64,000 nt of DNA from Thermoanaerobaculia bacterium. Its GTDB lineage: Bacteria > Acidobacteriota > Thermoanaerobaculia > UBA5066. Every line of letters starts with the position of its first letter. Positions within the stretch are counted from its first letter, which is position 1. Below the pieces are notes generated by a model. It searched no databases. It saw only the letters and a program-made list of their open reading frames with translations, and was not told where the DNA came from. Made by a program: the position numbers and the translations under genes. The stretch lies in contig CAWFJJ010000029.1 in the NCBI GenBank assembly GCA_963816185.1, positions 384,001-448,000 on the forward strand, in the 5' to 3' direction. Shown here piece by piece: positions 1 to 8,685 of the stretch.

Positions 1-834
1 CGCACGACCTCGAGGTGGTACTTCATCGTCGCCATGGGGAGGAAGACCGGCCACCTGGCGCTCGGCATCGGGAAGGCCGCGGGGGCCACCCTCACGCTCA
101 TCCCCGAGGAGTTTCTCGGCCACCAGATCCGCTTCAAGGCCATCGTGGACACCCTGGTCGGCGCCGTCCTGAAGCGCCTCTCCTACGGCCGGCGCGACGG
201 CGTCGCCGTGATCGCCGAGGGGCTCGTCGAGGGCCTCGACCCTTCGGAGCTCGAGGGTCTCCAGGACGTCGAGCGCGATACGCACGGGAACGTCCGCATC
301 GCGGAGGTGAACATCGGCGAGATCCTGAAGGCCGCCGTCCAGCAACGGCTGAAGGAGTTCGGGATCAAGACGACCATCGTCGCCAAGAACATCGGCTACG
401 AGCTGCGCTGCGCCGATCCGATCCCGTTCGACCTCGAGTACACGCGCGACCTCGGCTACTGCGCGACGAAGTGCCTCCTCTCGGGCGGGCACTCCGTGAT
501 GATCTCGATGCAAGGCGGCCATTTCGTTCCGATTCCCTTCGAGGAGCTGATCAACCCCTCGACGGGGCGGGCGAAGGTCCGCATGGTGGACATCCACTCC
601 GCGCGGTACGCCATCGCGCGGCGGTACATGCTGCGCCTCCGCCGCGACGACTTCGAGGACCCCCACGAGCTCGCGAAGTTCGCGGCCACGGCGGGCATGT
701 CGCTCGCGGATTTCCGTAAGGAGTTCTCGTATCTGATCGAGTGGGAATTGCCCCCGCTCGCCTTCGGGTCGGAGCCGGAGAGCGGCGTTCGCGAGCGGGA
801 CGGCGTCGTCATCGGGCTGGACCCGGCGCCCTAG
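1..834 (+). CDS. pfp: 6-phosphofructokinase family, probably PPi-dependent (5' truncated by window)
   Basis: Frame open from base 1 (RTTSRWYFIVAMGRKTGHLALG). MGR motif, VIAEG and KNIGYELRCADP are PFK signatures. Confidence 0.85.
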   Translation, partial: RTTSRWYFIVAMGRKTGHLALGIGKAAGATLTLIPEEFLGHQIRFKAIVDTLVGAVLKRLSYGRRDGVAVIAEGLVEGLDPSELEGLQDVERDTHGNVRIAEVNIGEILKAAVQQRLKEFGIKTTIVAKNIGYELRCADPIPFDLEYTRDLGYCATKCLLSGGHSVMISMQGGHFVPIPFEELINPSTGRAKVRMVDIHSARYAIARRYMLRLRRDDFEDPHELAKFAATAGMSLADFRKEFSYLIEWELPPLAFGSEPESGVRERDGVVIGLDPAP

Positions 835-884
835 ACGAGACAGGGCGATCACCGGCCTTCATCTGCTCCCTCCTTCGTCGGCCA

Positions 885-1340
885 TTACGTCTCCGAGTGC
901 TTCTCGTCGGCCACGCGGCGGCGGAGATGCGCATAGAGCGAGTCATAGAGAAAAGCCGCGCGAGCCAGAATCTCGACGTCATCCCGCGACACGTCCGTGA
1001 AGCCCTGGCTGATCGCCCAGAGGCCGGCGCACTCCGGCGCGACGCCGATCTCGCTCGGAAAGTCCGCCCCGTGGACGATCGTCGCAAGCGCCCGGAGAGC
1101 GCGGTCTGCCGCGATTCGCTCCTCGACGAGCTGTTCGAACGAGCAGCGCCCGTGCGCGTCGCGGTGTGGATAACGCGCACCCGGAGCGTCGAATCCGACC
1201 GCTCCCTCGCGCTCTTGGACGACGGCGACGTCTTCCGGCCGGACGAAGAGGATCTCCGCCTCGGGATCGAGGAACCGCCGGATGAGCCAGCCGGTAGCAG
1301 TCCGGTTCACGTGGATCCGCCTTCGCGTCACCCACTTCAC
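885..1340 (-). CDS. chrB: Chromate resistance protein ChrB-domain protein
   Basis: MKWVTR..HVNR.A..WLIRRFLDPEA, GFDAPGARYPH..RCSFE, IVHGAD. Lies next to chrA. Confidence 0.8.
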   Translation of the reverse strand: MKWVTRRRIHVNRTATGWLIRRFLDPEAEILFVRPEDVAVVQEREGAVGFDAPGARYPHRDAHGRCSFEQLVEERIAADRALRALATIVHGADFPSEIGVAPECAGLWAISQGFTDVSRDDVEILARAAFLYDSLYAHLRRRVADEKHSET

Positions 1341-1398
1341 GGGGCCCTCCTCTACACATTCTATATAGCAGCTGCGAGATTTTTGCTATAAGTGCGAT

Positions 1399-2604
1399 AT
1401 GGACGTTGCCTGGCTCCGGAGGCTGGGGCTCGAGCGCCGGGTCGGGGCGCTCGCGGCCGGCCTGTTCGTGTACGGCTTCGGGCAGGAGCTCTGGTTCCGA
1501 TACCTTCCGGAGTACCTGCGCGTGCTCGGCGCGTCCGCGTTCACGATCGGTGCGTTCGGGACGCTGAAAGACCTGCTCGACGCCACGTACGCGTATCCGG
1601 GAGGGGTCGTAAGCGACCGGCTCGGAAGCCGCGACGCGCTCCTCCTCTTCGGACTCCTCAGCGCCGCGGGCTTCGGCCTTTACGTCGCGTGGTCGTCCGT
1701 GCCGGCGCTCTTTTGCGGCCTCGTCCTCGTGATGGCGTGGCCGTCGCTCGGCCTGCCGGCGACGTTCGCTCTCATCGGCGAGGAGCTCCGCGGGGGACGC
1801 CGCATCGTGGGCTTCACGGTGCAGGCGGTCCTGAAGCGGGTGCCGATCGTCCTGGCGCCGCCGATCGGCGGCCTTCTCATTCAGCGGCTCGGGATGCGGA
1901 ACGGATTGCGCGCCGGATTCGCCGTCTCCGTCGTCCTCGCAGTCGGAATGCTCGTCGCCCTCCGCCGCGCGTTCCGCGAAGAGAAGCGCGCGGCCCGGCC
2001 GCGCGAAGCGGGCCCTCGGCCTGTCGTTCGCCTCCATCGCTCGCTGAAAAGGCTGCTGGTCGCCGACTGCCTCGTCCGACTGTGTGAGGGGCTGCCGGAC
2101 GTCTTCCTCGTCATCTGGGCGCTCGAGATCGTGAGGGTCACGCCAGTCCAATTCGGCCTCCTGACGTCGGTGCTGATGGGCACGGCGATCCTGTCTTACA
2201 TCCCCGCCGCGGCGCTCGCGGAGCGAGCCGAAAAGAAGAGGTTCGTCGTTCTTACGTACCTCTTCTTCACCCTCTTCCCCGTCGCCGTCGTCCTGTCGCG
2301 CTCGTTCCTCTCCCTCGTCCTCGCTTACGTCGTCGGCGGGCTGCGGGAGATCGGCGAGCCGGCTCGCAAGGCCCTCATCGTCGACCTTTCCGAACCGCTC
2401 CAGAGGGGGCGTACGGTGGGGCTCTACTATTCGATTCGCGGCTTCGCGGTGGCCGGGGCGGCCGCGGTCGGCGGCGCCCTCTGGACGATACGGCCCTCGC
2501 TGACGTTCGCGGTCGCCGCCGGGCTCGGAGCGCTCGGGACGCTCTTTTCGGCCGCTTTTCTCCCCTCGAGCTTCTCGAAGCATCCCGCAGAGGCGGCGCC
2601 GTGA
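1399..2604 (+). CDS. MFS transporter
   Basis: About 12 hydrophobic segments and GGVVSDRLGSR (MFS motif A). Confidence 0.85.
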   Translation: MDVAWLRRLGLERRVGALAAGLFVYGFGQELWFRYLPEYLRVLGASAFTIGAFGTLKDLLDATYAYPGGVVSDRLGSRDALLLFGLLSAAGFGLYVAWSSVPALFCGLVLVMAWPSLGLPATFALIGEELRGGRRIVGFTVQAVLKRVPIVLAPPIGGLLIQRLGMRNGLRAGFAVSVVLAVGMLVALRRAFREEKRAARPREAGPRPVVRLHRSLKRLLVADCLVRLCEGLPDVFLVIWALEIVRVTPVQFGLLTSVLMGTAILSYIPAAALAERAEKKRFVVLTYLFFTLFPVAVVLSRSFLSLVLAYVVGGLREIGEPARKALIVDLSEPLQRGRTVGLYYSIRGFAVAGAAAVGGALWTIRPSLTFAVAAGLGALGTLFSAAFLPSSFSKHPAEAAP

Positions 2605-3797
2605 CGGATCGCGAGGACTCGCGCGAGAGAAGACCCTCGTTGGCGCAAATGGCCCTCTACTTCCTGCGCCTCGGCGCGCTCGGCTTCGGCGGCCCGGTGG
2701 CTCTCGCGAACATGATGCGGAAGGACCTCGCCGAGGAGCGGCATTGGCTGGCCGAGCAGGAATACGAGGACGGCCTCGCCATCGCGGCCGCGTGTCCCGG
2801 CCCTCTTGCGTATCAGCTCGGGGTCTACTGCGGATACATCCGCCACGGAGTCGCCGGCGGCCTCGCGGTCGCCGTCTCGTTCTCCCTTGCGCCGTTTGCT
2901 CTCGTCGTGGCGGCCGCGTGGGCGTACACGCGCTTCTCGGCCACCTGGCAGCTCCGCGCGCTGTTCTACGGCGTGGCGCCTGTCGTCCTCGCCCTGATTC
3001 TGAAAGCTTGCTTCCGCCTGGGGAAGAAGACGCTCCGAAAGGATTTGCCCGCGTGGGTCGTCGCCGTCCTCGCCTGCGCGATCACAGCCGTCGTTCAAAA
3101 GGAGCTGACCGCGATCTTCCTCGTCGCCGGTGCGCTGGGCCTTTTTGTCTTTGCGTCTCCGGCGACGCCCGCGCCTGGTCTCGACGTCGCGCCGCCGCCG
3201 GCGCCGGGCCGGGCAGCCGCGCTCGCCGCGCTGGGCAGCGCCGGCGGCGCGATGACGTCGAAGCTCTTTCTCTTCTTCTTCAAGACGGGTCTTCTGGTTT
3301 TCGGCAGCGGCCTCGTGATCGTGCCGTTTCTGAAGACGTACGTCGTGGATCAGTACCGCTGGCTCTCGGACCGCGCTTTCCTCGACTCGGTCGCGATCGG
3401 CATGATCTCGCCCGGTCCGGTCGTCATCACGGCGACGTTTGTCGGCTACCTCCTCGCCGGCTTTCCGGGCGCGCTGGCCGCGACGCTGGGTATCTTCTCG
3501 CCGGCGGTCCTCTTCACCGTCGTCGCAACGCCTCTGTTTCTCCGCTACCGGCGCAACCGGCGGCTCGCCGGGTTCATCCGGGGCATCACGGTCGCGGTCG
3601 TCGGCGTCCTCGTCGGTACGACGTGGCTCGTCGGCAGGACCGCGATCGGAGATGTCCTCACCGGCGTCGTAGGAGCCCTCTCGCTCGCGCTCCTCGTCCT
3701 GTTTCCGAAGCTCCCCGAGCCCGTGCTCGTCCTCGCCGGCGCGCTCGTCGGCTTCGCGGCCTATCCGCTCCTCGGTCCCGCCTGGGTCCTGCGCTGA
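2601..3797 (+). CDS. chrA: Chromate efflux transporter (long-chain CHR family)
   Basis: FLRLGALGFGGP, ACPGP, FFKTGLLVFGSG and SPGP motifs in two homologous halves. Confidence 0.92.
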   Translation: MTDREDSRERRPSLAQMALYFLRLGALGFGGPVALANMMRKDLAEERHWLAEQEYEDGLAIAAACPGPLAYQLGVYCGYIRHGVAGGLAVAVSFSLAPFALVVAAAWAYTRFSATWQLRALFYGVAPVVLALILKACFRLGKKTLRKDLPAWVVAVLACAITAVVQKELTAIFLVAGALGLFVFASPATPAPGLDVAPPPAPGRAAALAALGSAGGAMTSKLFLFFFKTGLLVFGSGLVIVPFLKTYVVDQYRWLSDRAFLDSVAIGMISPGPVVITATFVGYLLAGFPGALAATLGIFSPAVLFTVVATPLFLRYRRNRRLAGFIRGITVAVVGVLVGTTWLVGRTAIGDVLTGVVGALSLALLVLFPKLPEPVLVLAGALVGFAAYPLLGPAWVLR

Positions 3798-3916
3798 GGC
3801 GATCGTGAAAAGCCCGCTCCGATGAGCCCGACACGGTGGAGGCCGAGCGGGAGTAGGATCCACCCGGGGTGAGAGCCATTCTCACCGCGATTTCGCTTCA
3901 TCCAAAAGGAGGATCC

Positions 3917-4285
3917 GTGAGGAAACTTGCCGCCGCGCTTTCCGTCGTCGCCGTCGTCGCGCTCGTCATCGTCATAGCCCCGACCGCCGCCGCCGCCGAG
4001 CAAACCTGGAAGGACGTGACCGTCATCGACCACATGTGCTTCGCCAAGATGAAGGACACGCCCGAGAAGCACACCAAGGCGTGCCTCCAGAAGTGCGAGA
4101 GCTCGGGCTACGGCGTCATCACGGGAGAGGGGAAGGACAAGAAGTTCGTGAAGTTCGACTCGAAGGGAAACGACCTCACCGTCGAAGCCCTCAAGGCGAC
4201 GACGAAGACCGTCGGCCTCAAGGCGACCGTCGTCGGCGAGATGTCCGACGGCATGATCAAGGTCAAGTCGATCACGTTCGACTGA
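3917..4285 (+). CDS. Small exported hypothetical protein (D..C, HT..C..C, GYGV motifs)
   Basis: SD AGGAGG before GTG 3917, signal peptide ending AAAA, host-like codon usage. Confidence 0.75.
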   Translation: MRKLAAALSVVAVVALVIVIAPTAAAAEQTWKDVTVIDHMCFAKMKDTPEKHTKACLQKCESSGYGVITGEGKDKKFVKFDSKGNDLTVEALKATTKTVGLKATVVGEMSDGMIKVKSITFD

Positions 4286-4433
4286 GCGGATCGCACTCTT
4301 CCGCCCGAACGAGGCGGCCCGCCGTCCACGAGGACCGCGGGCCGTTGTGTCCGCCGGCTACGGAAGGAATCGCTGCACGCCCGCCCGCCACATGTCGCCT
4401 CCATGTCCGGACACGGACAAGAAGCGGACAGCC

Positions 4434-4470
4434 GAAAGAAAAACGGGCTAGCCCTGTGAGCTAACCCGTT
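4434..4470 (-). terminator. Intrinsic terminator of tRNA-fMet
   Basis: Minus strand reads AACGGGTTAGC-TCACAGG-GCTAGCCCGTT then TTTCTTTC, just after the tRNA 3' end. Confidence 0.7.
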
Positions 4471-4478
4471 GATTCTTA

Positions 4479-4555
<77 letters not shown>

Positions 4556-4635
4556 TCAGAAGGAGGAACATAACGGGACGGCCCCGAGGAGTCAAGCCGA
4601 CGTTCTCGCTGTTAACCTCCGGCGGCGGAGGCAGT

Positions 4636-5097
4636 ATGACTCTCTTTTCGTCAACGTCGCTCGAGCCCGGCATGGCCGCACCCGATTTCACGCTCCCCGA
4701 CCAGCACGGAAAGAAGGTGCGCCTTTCGGACTTTCGCGGAAAGCGCGTCGTCCTCTACTTCTTCCCGAAGGCCGACACCCCCGGTTGAACGATCGAGGCG
4801 AAGGCCTTCCGGGACGAAGGCCCGAAGCTCCAGAAGGACGTGGCCGTCGTGGGCGTGTCGAAGGACACGATCGAGGCGCAGGAGAAGTTCGCGAAGAAGA
4901 ATGAGCTGACGTTTCCCCTTCTCGCTGATTCCAAGGGCGAAGTGATCCGCCGCTACGGCGTGGACCTCGCGTTCGGCATCGCGAAGAGAAAGACGTTCCT
5001 CATCGACTCGAAAGGGAAGATCGCGAAAATCTACGAGTCGGTCTCGCCGAAGACGCACGCGGCCGAGGTCGCCGAGGCGTTGAAGTCCGTCGGCTGA
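4636..5097 (+). CDS. bcp: BCP/PrxQ peroxiredoxin, selenocysteine-containing (TGA 4786-4788)
   Basis: SD GGAGG then ATG 4636. APDFTLPDQHGK..VLYFFPKADTPG-TGA-TIEAKAFRD..VVGVSKD..FPLLAD..RKTFLID. The two ORF-track fragments share one frame. Confidence 0.9.
4803..4822 (+). promoter_or_regulatory. Candidate bacterial SECIS hairpin
   Basis: GGCCTTC-CGGGAC-GAAGGCC: perfect 7-bp stem with a G-containing loop starting 21 nt after the TGA. Confidence 0.65.
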
Positions 5098-5160
5098 CGC
5101 ACGGCGGCGCCAGGGAGGTCGTCGACCTCCTCAGGAAAGCTCGCTTCTCAGGGACTCGTT

Positions 5161-5206
5161 CCGACAATAATGTCGTGAGCTATGTTCCATTCCACAATTC
5201 CGTAGC
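5161..5206. promoter_or_regulatory. Pair of palindromic activator sites (CCGACA-N4-TGTCGT, TCCACA-N4-CGTAGC)
   Basis: Starts at 5161 and 5191, 30 bp apart. The same motif pair with the same spacing occurs at 8632/8662. Confidence 0.55.
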
Positions 5207-5294
5207 CTGAAAGGCTGGGTGAATTTCCTTCCGCGCCGACCACTAGTCCAACGACTGGAATGACTTCCGCGGCCTTCCGGCGTTGGAGTCGGGG

Positions 5295-5309
5295 CGGCAC
5301 GCGCCGTGC
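5295..5309 (+). promoter_or_regulatory. sigma54 -24/-12 promoter of amtB
   Basis: CGGCACG-CGCC-GTGC (GG-N10-GC) just upstream of the amtB SD. A sigma54 activator is encoded in the cluster. Confidence 0.55.
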
Positions 5310-5336
5310 GAAAGGCCCGCAACGGAGGTTGACTGT

Positions 5337-6932
5337 ATGGCCAAGAAGAAGCCCGTTTTCTTTCTCGTGCTGGCCGGATTGCTCCTCGTGTCGTGGGCGC
5401 TCCTCGCGGACGCGACCGGCGACAAGACGGGCGGAATCGCGAACGTGCCCGCGCAGGTTCCGGGAAAGCCCACGCTCGAAGAGATCGGAGCGGCTGTCGG
5501 CCAGACGCGCGTGTCGCTCAACTTCGTCTGGACGCTCGTCGCGGGCTTCCTCGTTATGTTCATGCAGGCGGGCTTCGCGCTCGCGGAGACCGGCTTCACG
5601 AGGGCCCGGAACGCGGCCCACACCATGATGATGAACTTCATGGTCTACGCGCTCGGGATCCTGGGGTTCTGGGTGTGCGGGTTCGCGCTGCAGATGGGCG
5701 GGTCCGGCGCGCCGATGGGGGCCGCCGTGAGCGTTCCGGAGACGATGACGAGGCTCATCGGACCATCCATCGGCGGAAATGTCTGGGGGCTCTTCGGCGG
5801 CACGGGATTCTTCCTCTCGGGCGTCTCCTATGACGTCGCCGCGTTCGCCATCTTTCTCTTCCAGATGGTCTTCATGGACACCGCACTCACGATCCCGACG
5901 GGCTCGATGGCCGAGCGGTGGAAGCTTTCGGCCTTCGTCATCTACGGGCTCGTCGTGTCGGCCGTCGTCTACCCCCTCTTCGCCTGCTGGGCCTGGGGCG
6001 GCGGCTGGCTCTCGACGCTCGGCAAGTACGTGGGCCTGGGACACGGGTACGTCGACTTCGCGGGCTCCGGCGTCGTGCACCTGACCGGCGGCGTCATGGC
6101 GCTGGTCGGCGCGGTCGTCCTCGGCCCGCGCATCGGCAAGTACGTGAAGGGCGAGGCGCAGGCGATTCCTGGCCACAACCTTCCGATGGCCGTCCTCGGA
6201 TGTTTCATCCTGGCCTTCGGCTGGTTCGGCTTCAACGCGGGTTCGACGCTCTCGGGCACCGACCTGAGGATCTCCGTCGTCGCGGTGAACACGATGCTCG
6301 CGTCCGCCTCGGGCGCCTTTGTCGCATTTCTCTACACGTGGAAGAAGTTCAGCCGTCCCGATCTCTCGATGGCCGTCAACGGCATGCTCGCGGGCCTCGT
6401 CGCGATCACGGCGCCGTGCGCCTTCGTGAACGCTCCGATTGCGGTCCTCATCGGCGCGGTGTCCGGCGTCCTCGTGGTCGCGGCCGCGCTCTTCATCGAG
6501 AACAAGCTCAAGATCGACGACCCGGTCGGCGCGATCGCCGTGCACGGGGTGAACGGCGCCTGGGGACTCATCGCGCTCGGCCTGTTCGCGGATGGCACGT
6601 ACGGCGGCGGCCTGAACGGCGGCCCGGCGGCCGGCGTCGCGGGCCTCTTCTACGGAGACCCAAGACAGCTCGTGGCGCAGTTCGTCGGGATCGGCGCGAA
6701 CCTCCTCTGGGTAGGGGGCTCGAGCTTCGCGCTCTTCAAGATCATCGACCTGACGCTCGGGATGCGCGTGAGGCCGGAGCAGGAGATGCAGGGCCTGGAT
6801 TTCAACGAGGTCTCGGCGCCCGCGTATCCGGGCGAGGGCTCGCCCGTCCACTTCCCCGTTTTCGCGAGCGTGCCCGCGAAGGTGGCTTCGCCGCTGCTCG
6901 TCGCGCAGGCCTCGCCGGCCGGCGGAAAGTGA
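5337..6932 (+). CDS. amtB: Ammonium transporter
   Basis: FLVMFMQAGFALAETG, AERWK, DFAGSGVVH, FGWFGFNAGS, DDPVGAIAVHG. SD GGAGG before ATG 5337. Confidence 0.96.
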   Translation: MAKKKPVFFLVLAGLLLVSWALLADATGDKTGGIANVPAQVPGKPTLEEIGAAVGQTRVSLNFVWTLVAGFLVMFMQAGFALAETGFTRARNAAHTMMMNFMVYALGILGFWVCGFALQMGGSGAPMGAAVSVPETMTRLIGPSIGGNVWGLFGGTGFFLSGVSYDVAAFAIFLFQMVFMDTALTIPTGSMAERWKLSAFVIYGLVVSAVVYPLFACWAWGGGWLSTLGKYVGLGHGYVDFAGSGVVHLTGGVMALVGAVVLGPRIGKYVKGEAQAIPGHNLPMAVLGCFILAFGWFGFNAGSTLSGTDLRISVVAVNTMLASASGAFVAFLYTWKKFSRPDLSMAVNGMLAGLVAITAPCAFVNAPIAVLIGAVSGVLVVAAALFIENKLKIDDPVGAIAVHGVNGAWGLIALGLFADGTYGGGLNGGPAAGVAGLFYGDPRQLVAQFVGIGANLLWVGGSSFALFKIIDLTLGMRVRPEQEMQGLDFNEVSAPAYPGEGSPVHFPVFASVPAKVASPLLVAQASPAGGK

Positions 6933-6948
6933 AAGGAGCGACGTTCCC

Positions 6949-7314
6949 ATGAAAATGATCACCGCCATCATCCGGCCGGAGAAGCTGGACGACGTGAAGG
7001 CCGCCCTTTTCGCGGCCGAGGTCGAGGGGCTCACGATCACGCGGGTTTCCGGCCACGGAGGAGAAAAGACGGTCCTGGAGAGCTATCGGGGGCATCCGCT
7101 CGTTTACGAATTCCACGACAAGGTCCGGCTCGACATCGGCGTCTCGGAACCGTTCGTCGACGTGACCATCGAGGCGATCGTCAAAGCGGGCAAGACCGGA
7201 CAGGTGGGCGACGGAAAGATCTTCGTCATGCCCATCGAGAAGGTCGTGAGGATCAGGACGGGCGAGCTCGACCGGGAGGCCGTGACGCCCGTCCAGATGC
7301 TCCATAAGAAGTAG
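6949..7314 (+). CDS. glnK: Nitrogen regulatory protein P-II
   Basis: MKMITAIIRPEKL, T-loop SYRG, TGQVGDGKIFV..RIRTGE. Follows amtB. Confidence 0.93.
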   Translation: MKMITAIIRPEKLDDVKAALFAAEVEGLTITRVSGHGGEKTVLESYRGHPLVYEFHDKVRLDIGVSEPFVDVTIEAIVKAGKTGQVGDGKIFVMPIEKVVRIRTGELDREAVTPVQMLHKK

Positions 7315-7384
7315 CCGAAAAAAAATAGAGACGCGCAGCGGGGCTCCTCCTCGCGAGGAGCCCTCTGTGAAAGGAGTTCCCGAG

Positions 7385-8575
7385 ATGACCCGACTTCGCC
7401 GGGCCCGTGTCCCGTGTCGTTTCCGCGCCGTCGCGCTCGCCTTCACCTTGACCGCCGCGCTCGGCGCCGCGCCTCCGACACTCGGTCAGCCCGCCCCCAC
7501 GCCGACGCCCGGCGCCGCGCCGGCGCCAAGCCCTGCGTCGCCGGCCGCCGCAAAACCCTGGTACGAGGAGATCGCGGTCAACGGCTTCGTCTCCACGAGC
7601 TATTCCTACAATTTCAACCGGCCGGACTCCGGGACGAATCAGCTTCGGGTCTTCGACTTCGACGACAACACGTTCAAGGTGGACGTCGCCGAGATCGTCC
7701 TCCAGAAGGCGATCGTCAAGCCGGGCGAGGCCGGTTTTCGCATCGACCTCGTGGCCGGTTCGTCGATCCCGCGCGTCTCGTCGTCGGTCGGCCTTCTTCA
7801 GGGCCAGGACATCGACCTCCAACAGGCCTTCGTGAGCTGGATCGCGCCGCTCGGAGACGGCCTCCGGCTCGACGCGGGGAAATTCGTCACGCACTTCGGG
7901 TACGAGGTGATCGAGGGATATGACGGCTACAACGACAACGCGAGCCGGTCGTTTCTCTTCGGCTTCACCATTCCCTTCGCGCACACCGGTCTGAAGGCGT
8001 CGTACACGTTCAGCGACCAGATCGCCGGGATGTTCGAGATCTGCAACGGCTGGGACGTCGCACGGGACAACAACAGCTCGAAGAGCATCGGCCTGCAGCT
8101 CACGTGGACGCCGTCGAAGACGGTGACGGTCTACGGAAATTTCATGACGGGTCCCGAGCGGGCGGACGTCAACTCCGATCCGCGGAACCTCTTCAACGTC
8201 GTCGCGCAGTGGAAGCTCACCGACCTGACCATCTTCGCGCTCGACGCCGTCTACGGCAGCGAGAAGGGAGCGGTGGCGCCAGGTCAAACCGCCACGTGGT
8301 CGGGAATTGCCGGCTACGCACGCTTCGGCGTCAGCGACGCCTTTGCGCTCTGTCTGAGGGCCGAATACTTCGACGACTCGGACGGCGCCCGGACGGGCAC
8401 CGTTCAGAAGCTCAAGGAGCTGACCCTCACCCCCGAGGTCAAGGTGACGTCCCACCTGATCCTCCGGGGCGATCTACGCGTCGACTGGTCCGACGCCGAC
8501 GTCTTCAGCAAGAAAGACGGCGTCTTCAAGGGCAACCAGCCGACGATCCTCCTGAACGCGATTTACGTGTTCTAG
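7385..8575 (+). CDS. Outer-membrane beta-barrel porin (BBP2-like)
   Basis: Signal peptide, Pro/Ala linker, YSYNFNRP, GKFVTHFGYEVIE, PFAHTG, C-terminal YVF. Confidence 0.8.
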   Translation: MTRLRRARVPCRFRAVALAFTLTAALGAAPPTLGQPAPTPTPGAAPAPSPASPAAAKPWYEEIAVNGFVSTSYSYNFNRPDSGTNQLRVFDFDDNTFKVDVAEIVLQKAIVKPGEAGFRIDLVAGSSIPRVSSSVGLLQGQDIDLQQAFVSWIAPLGDGLRLDAGKFVTHFGYEVIEGYDGYNDNASRSFLFGFTIPFAHTGLKASYTFSDQIAGMFEICNGWDVARDNNSSKSIGLQLTWTPSKTVTVYGNFMTGPERADVNSDPRNLFNVVAQWKLTDLTIFALDAVYGSEKGAVAPGQTATWSGIAGYARFGVSDAFALCLRAEYFDDSDGARTGTVQKLKELTLTPEVKVTSHLILRGDLRVDWSDADVFSKKDGVFKGNQPTILLNAIYVF

Positions 8576-8631
8576 CCCGCAAGCCGCTGCGCGGCCGCCG
8601 GAGTAATCTCATTTTTCGCTGCCTGACCCGT

Positions 8632-8679
8632 TCGACATTTCTGTTTCCCATGGCATCCGTTCCGACATTCCTGTAGGAT
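8632..8679. promoter_or_regulatory. Second pair of palindromic sites, overlapping the -10 box (TAGGAT 8674-8679) of the activator gene
   Basis: TCGACA-TTTC-TGTTTC (8632) and CCGACA-TTCC-TGTAGG (8662), 30 bp apart. Confidence 0.5.
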
Positions 8680-8685
8680 CGCGGA

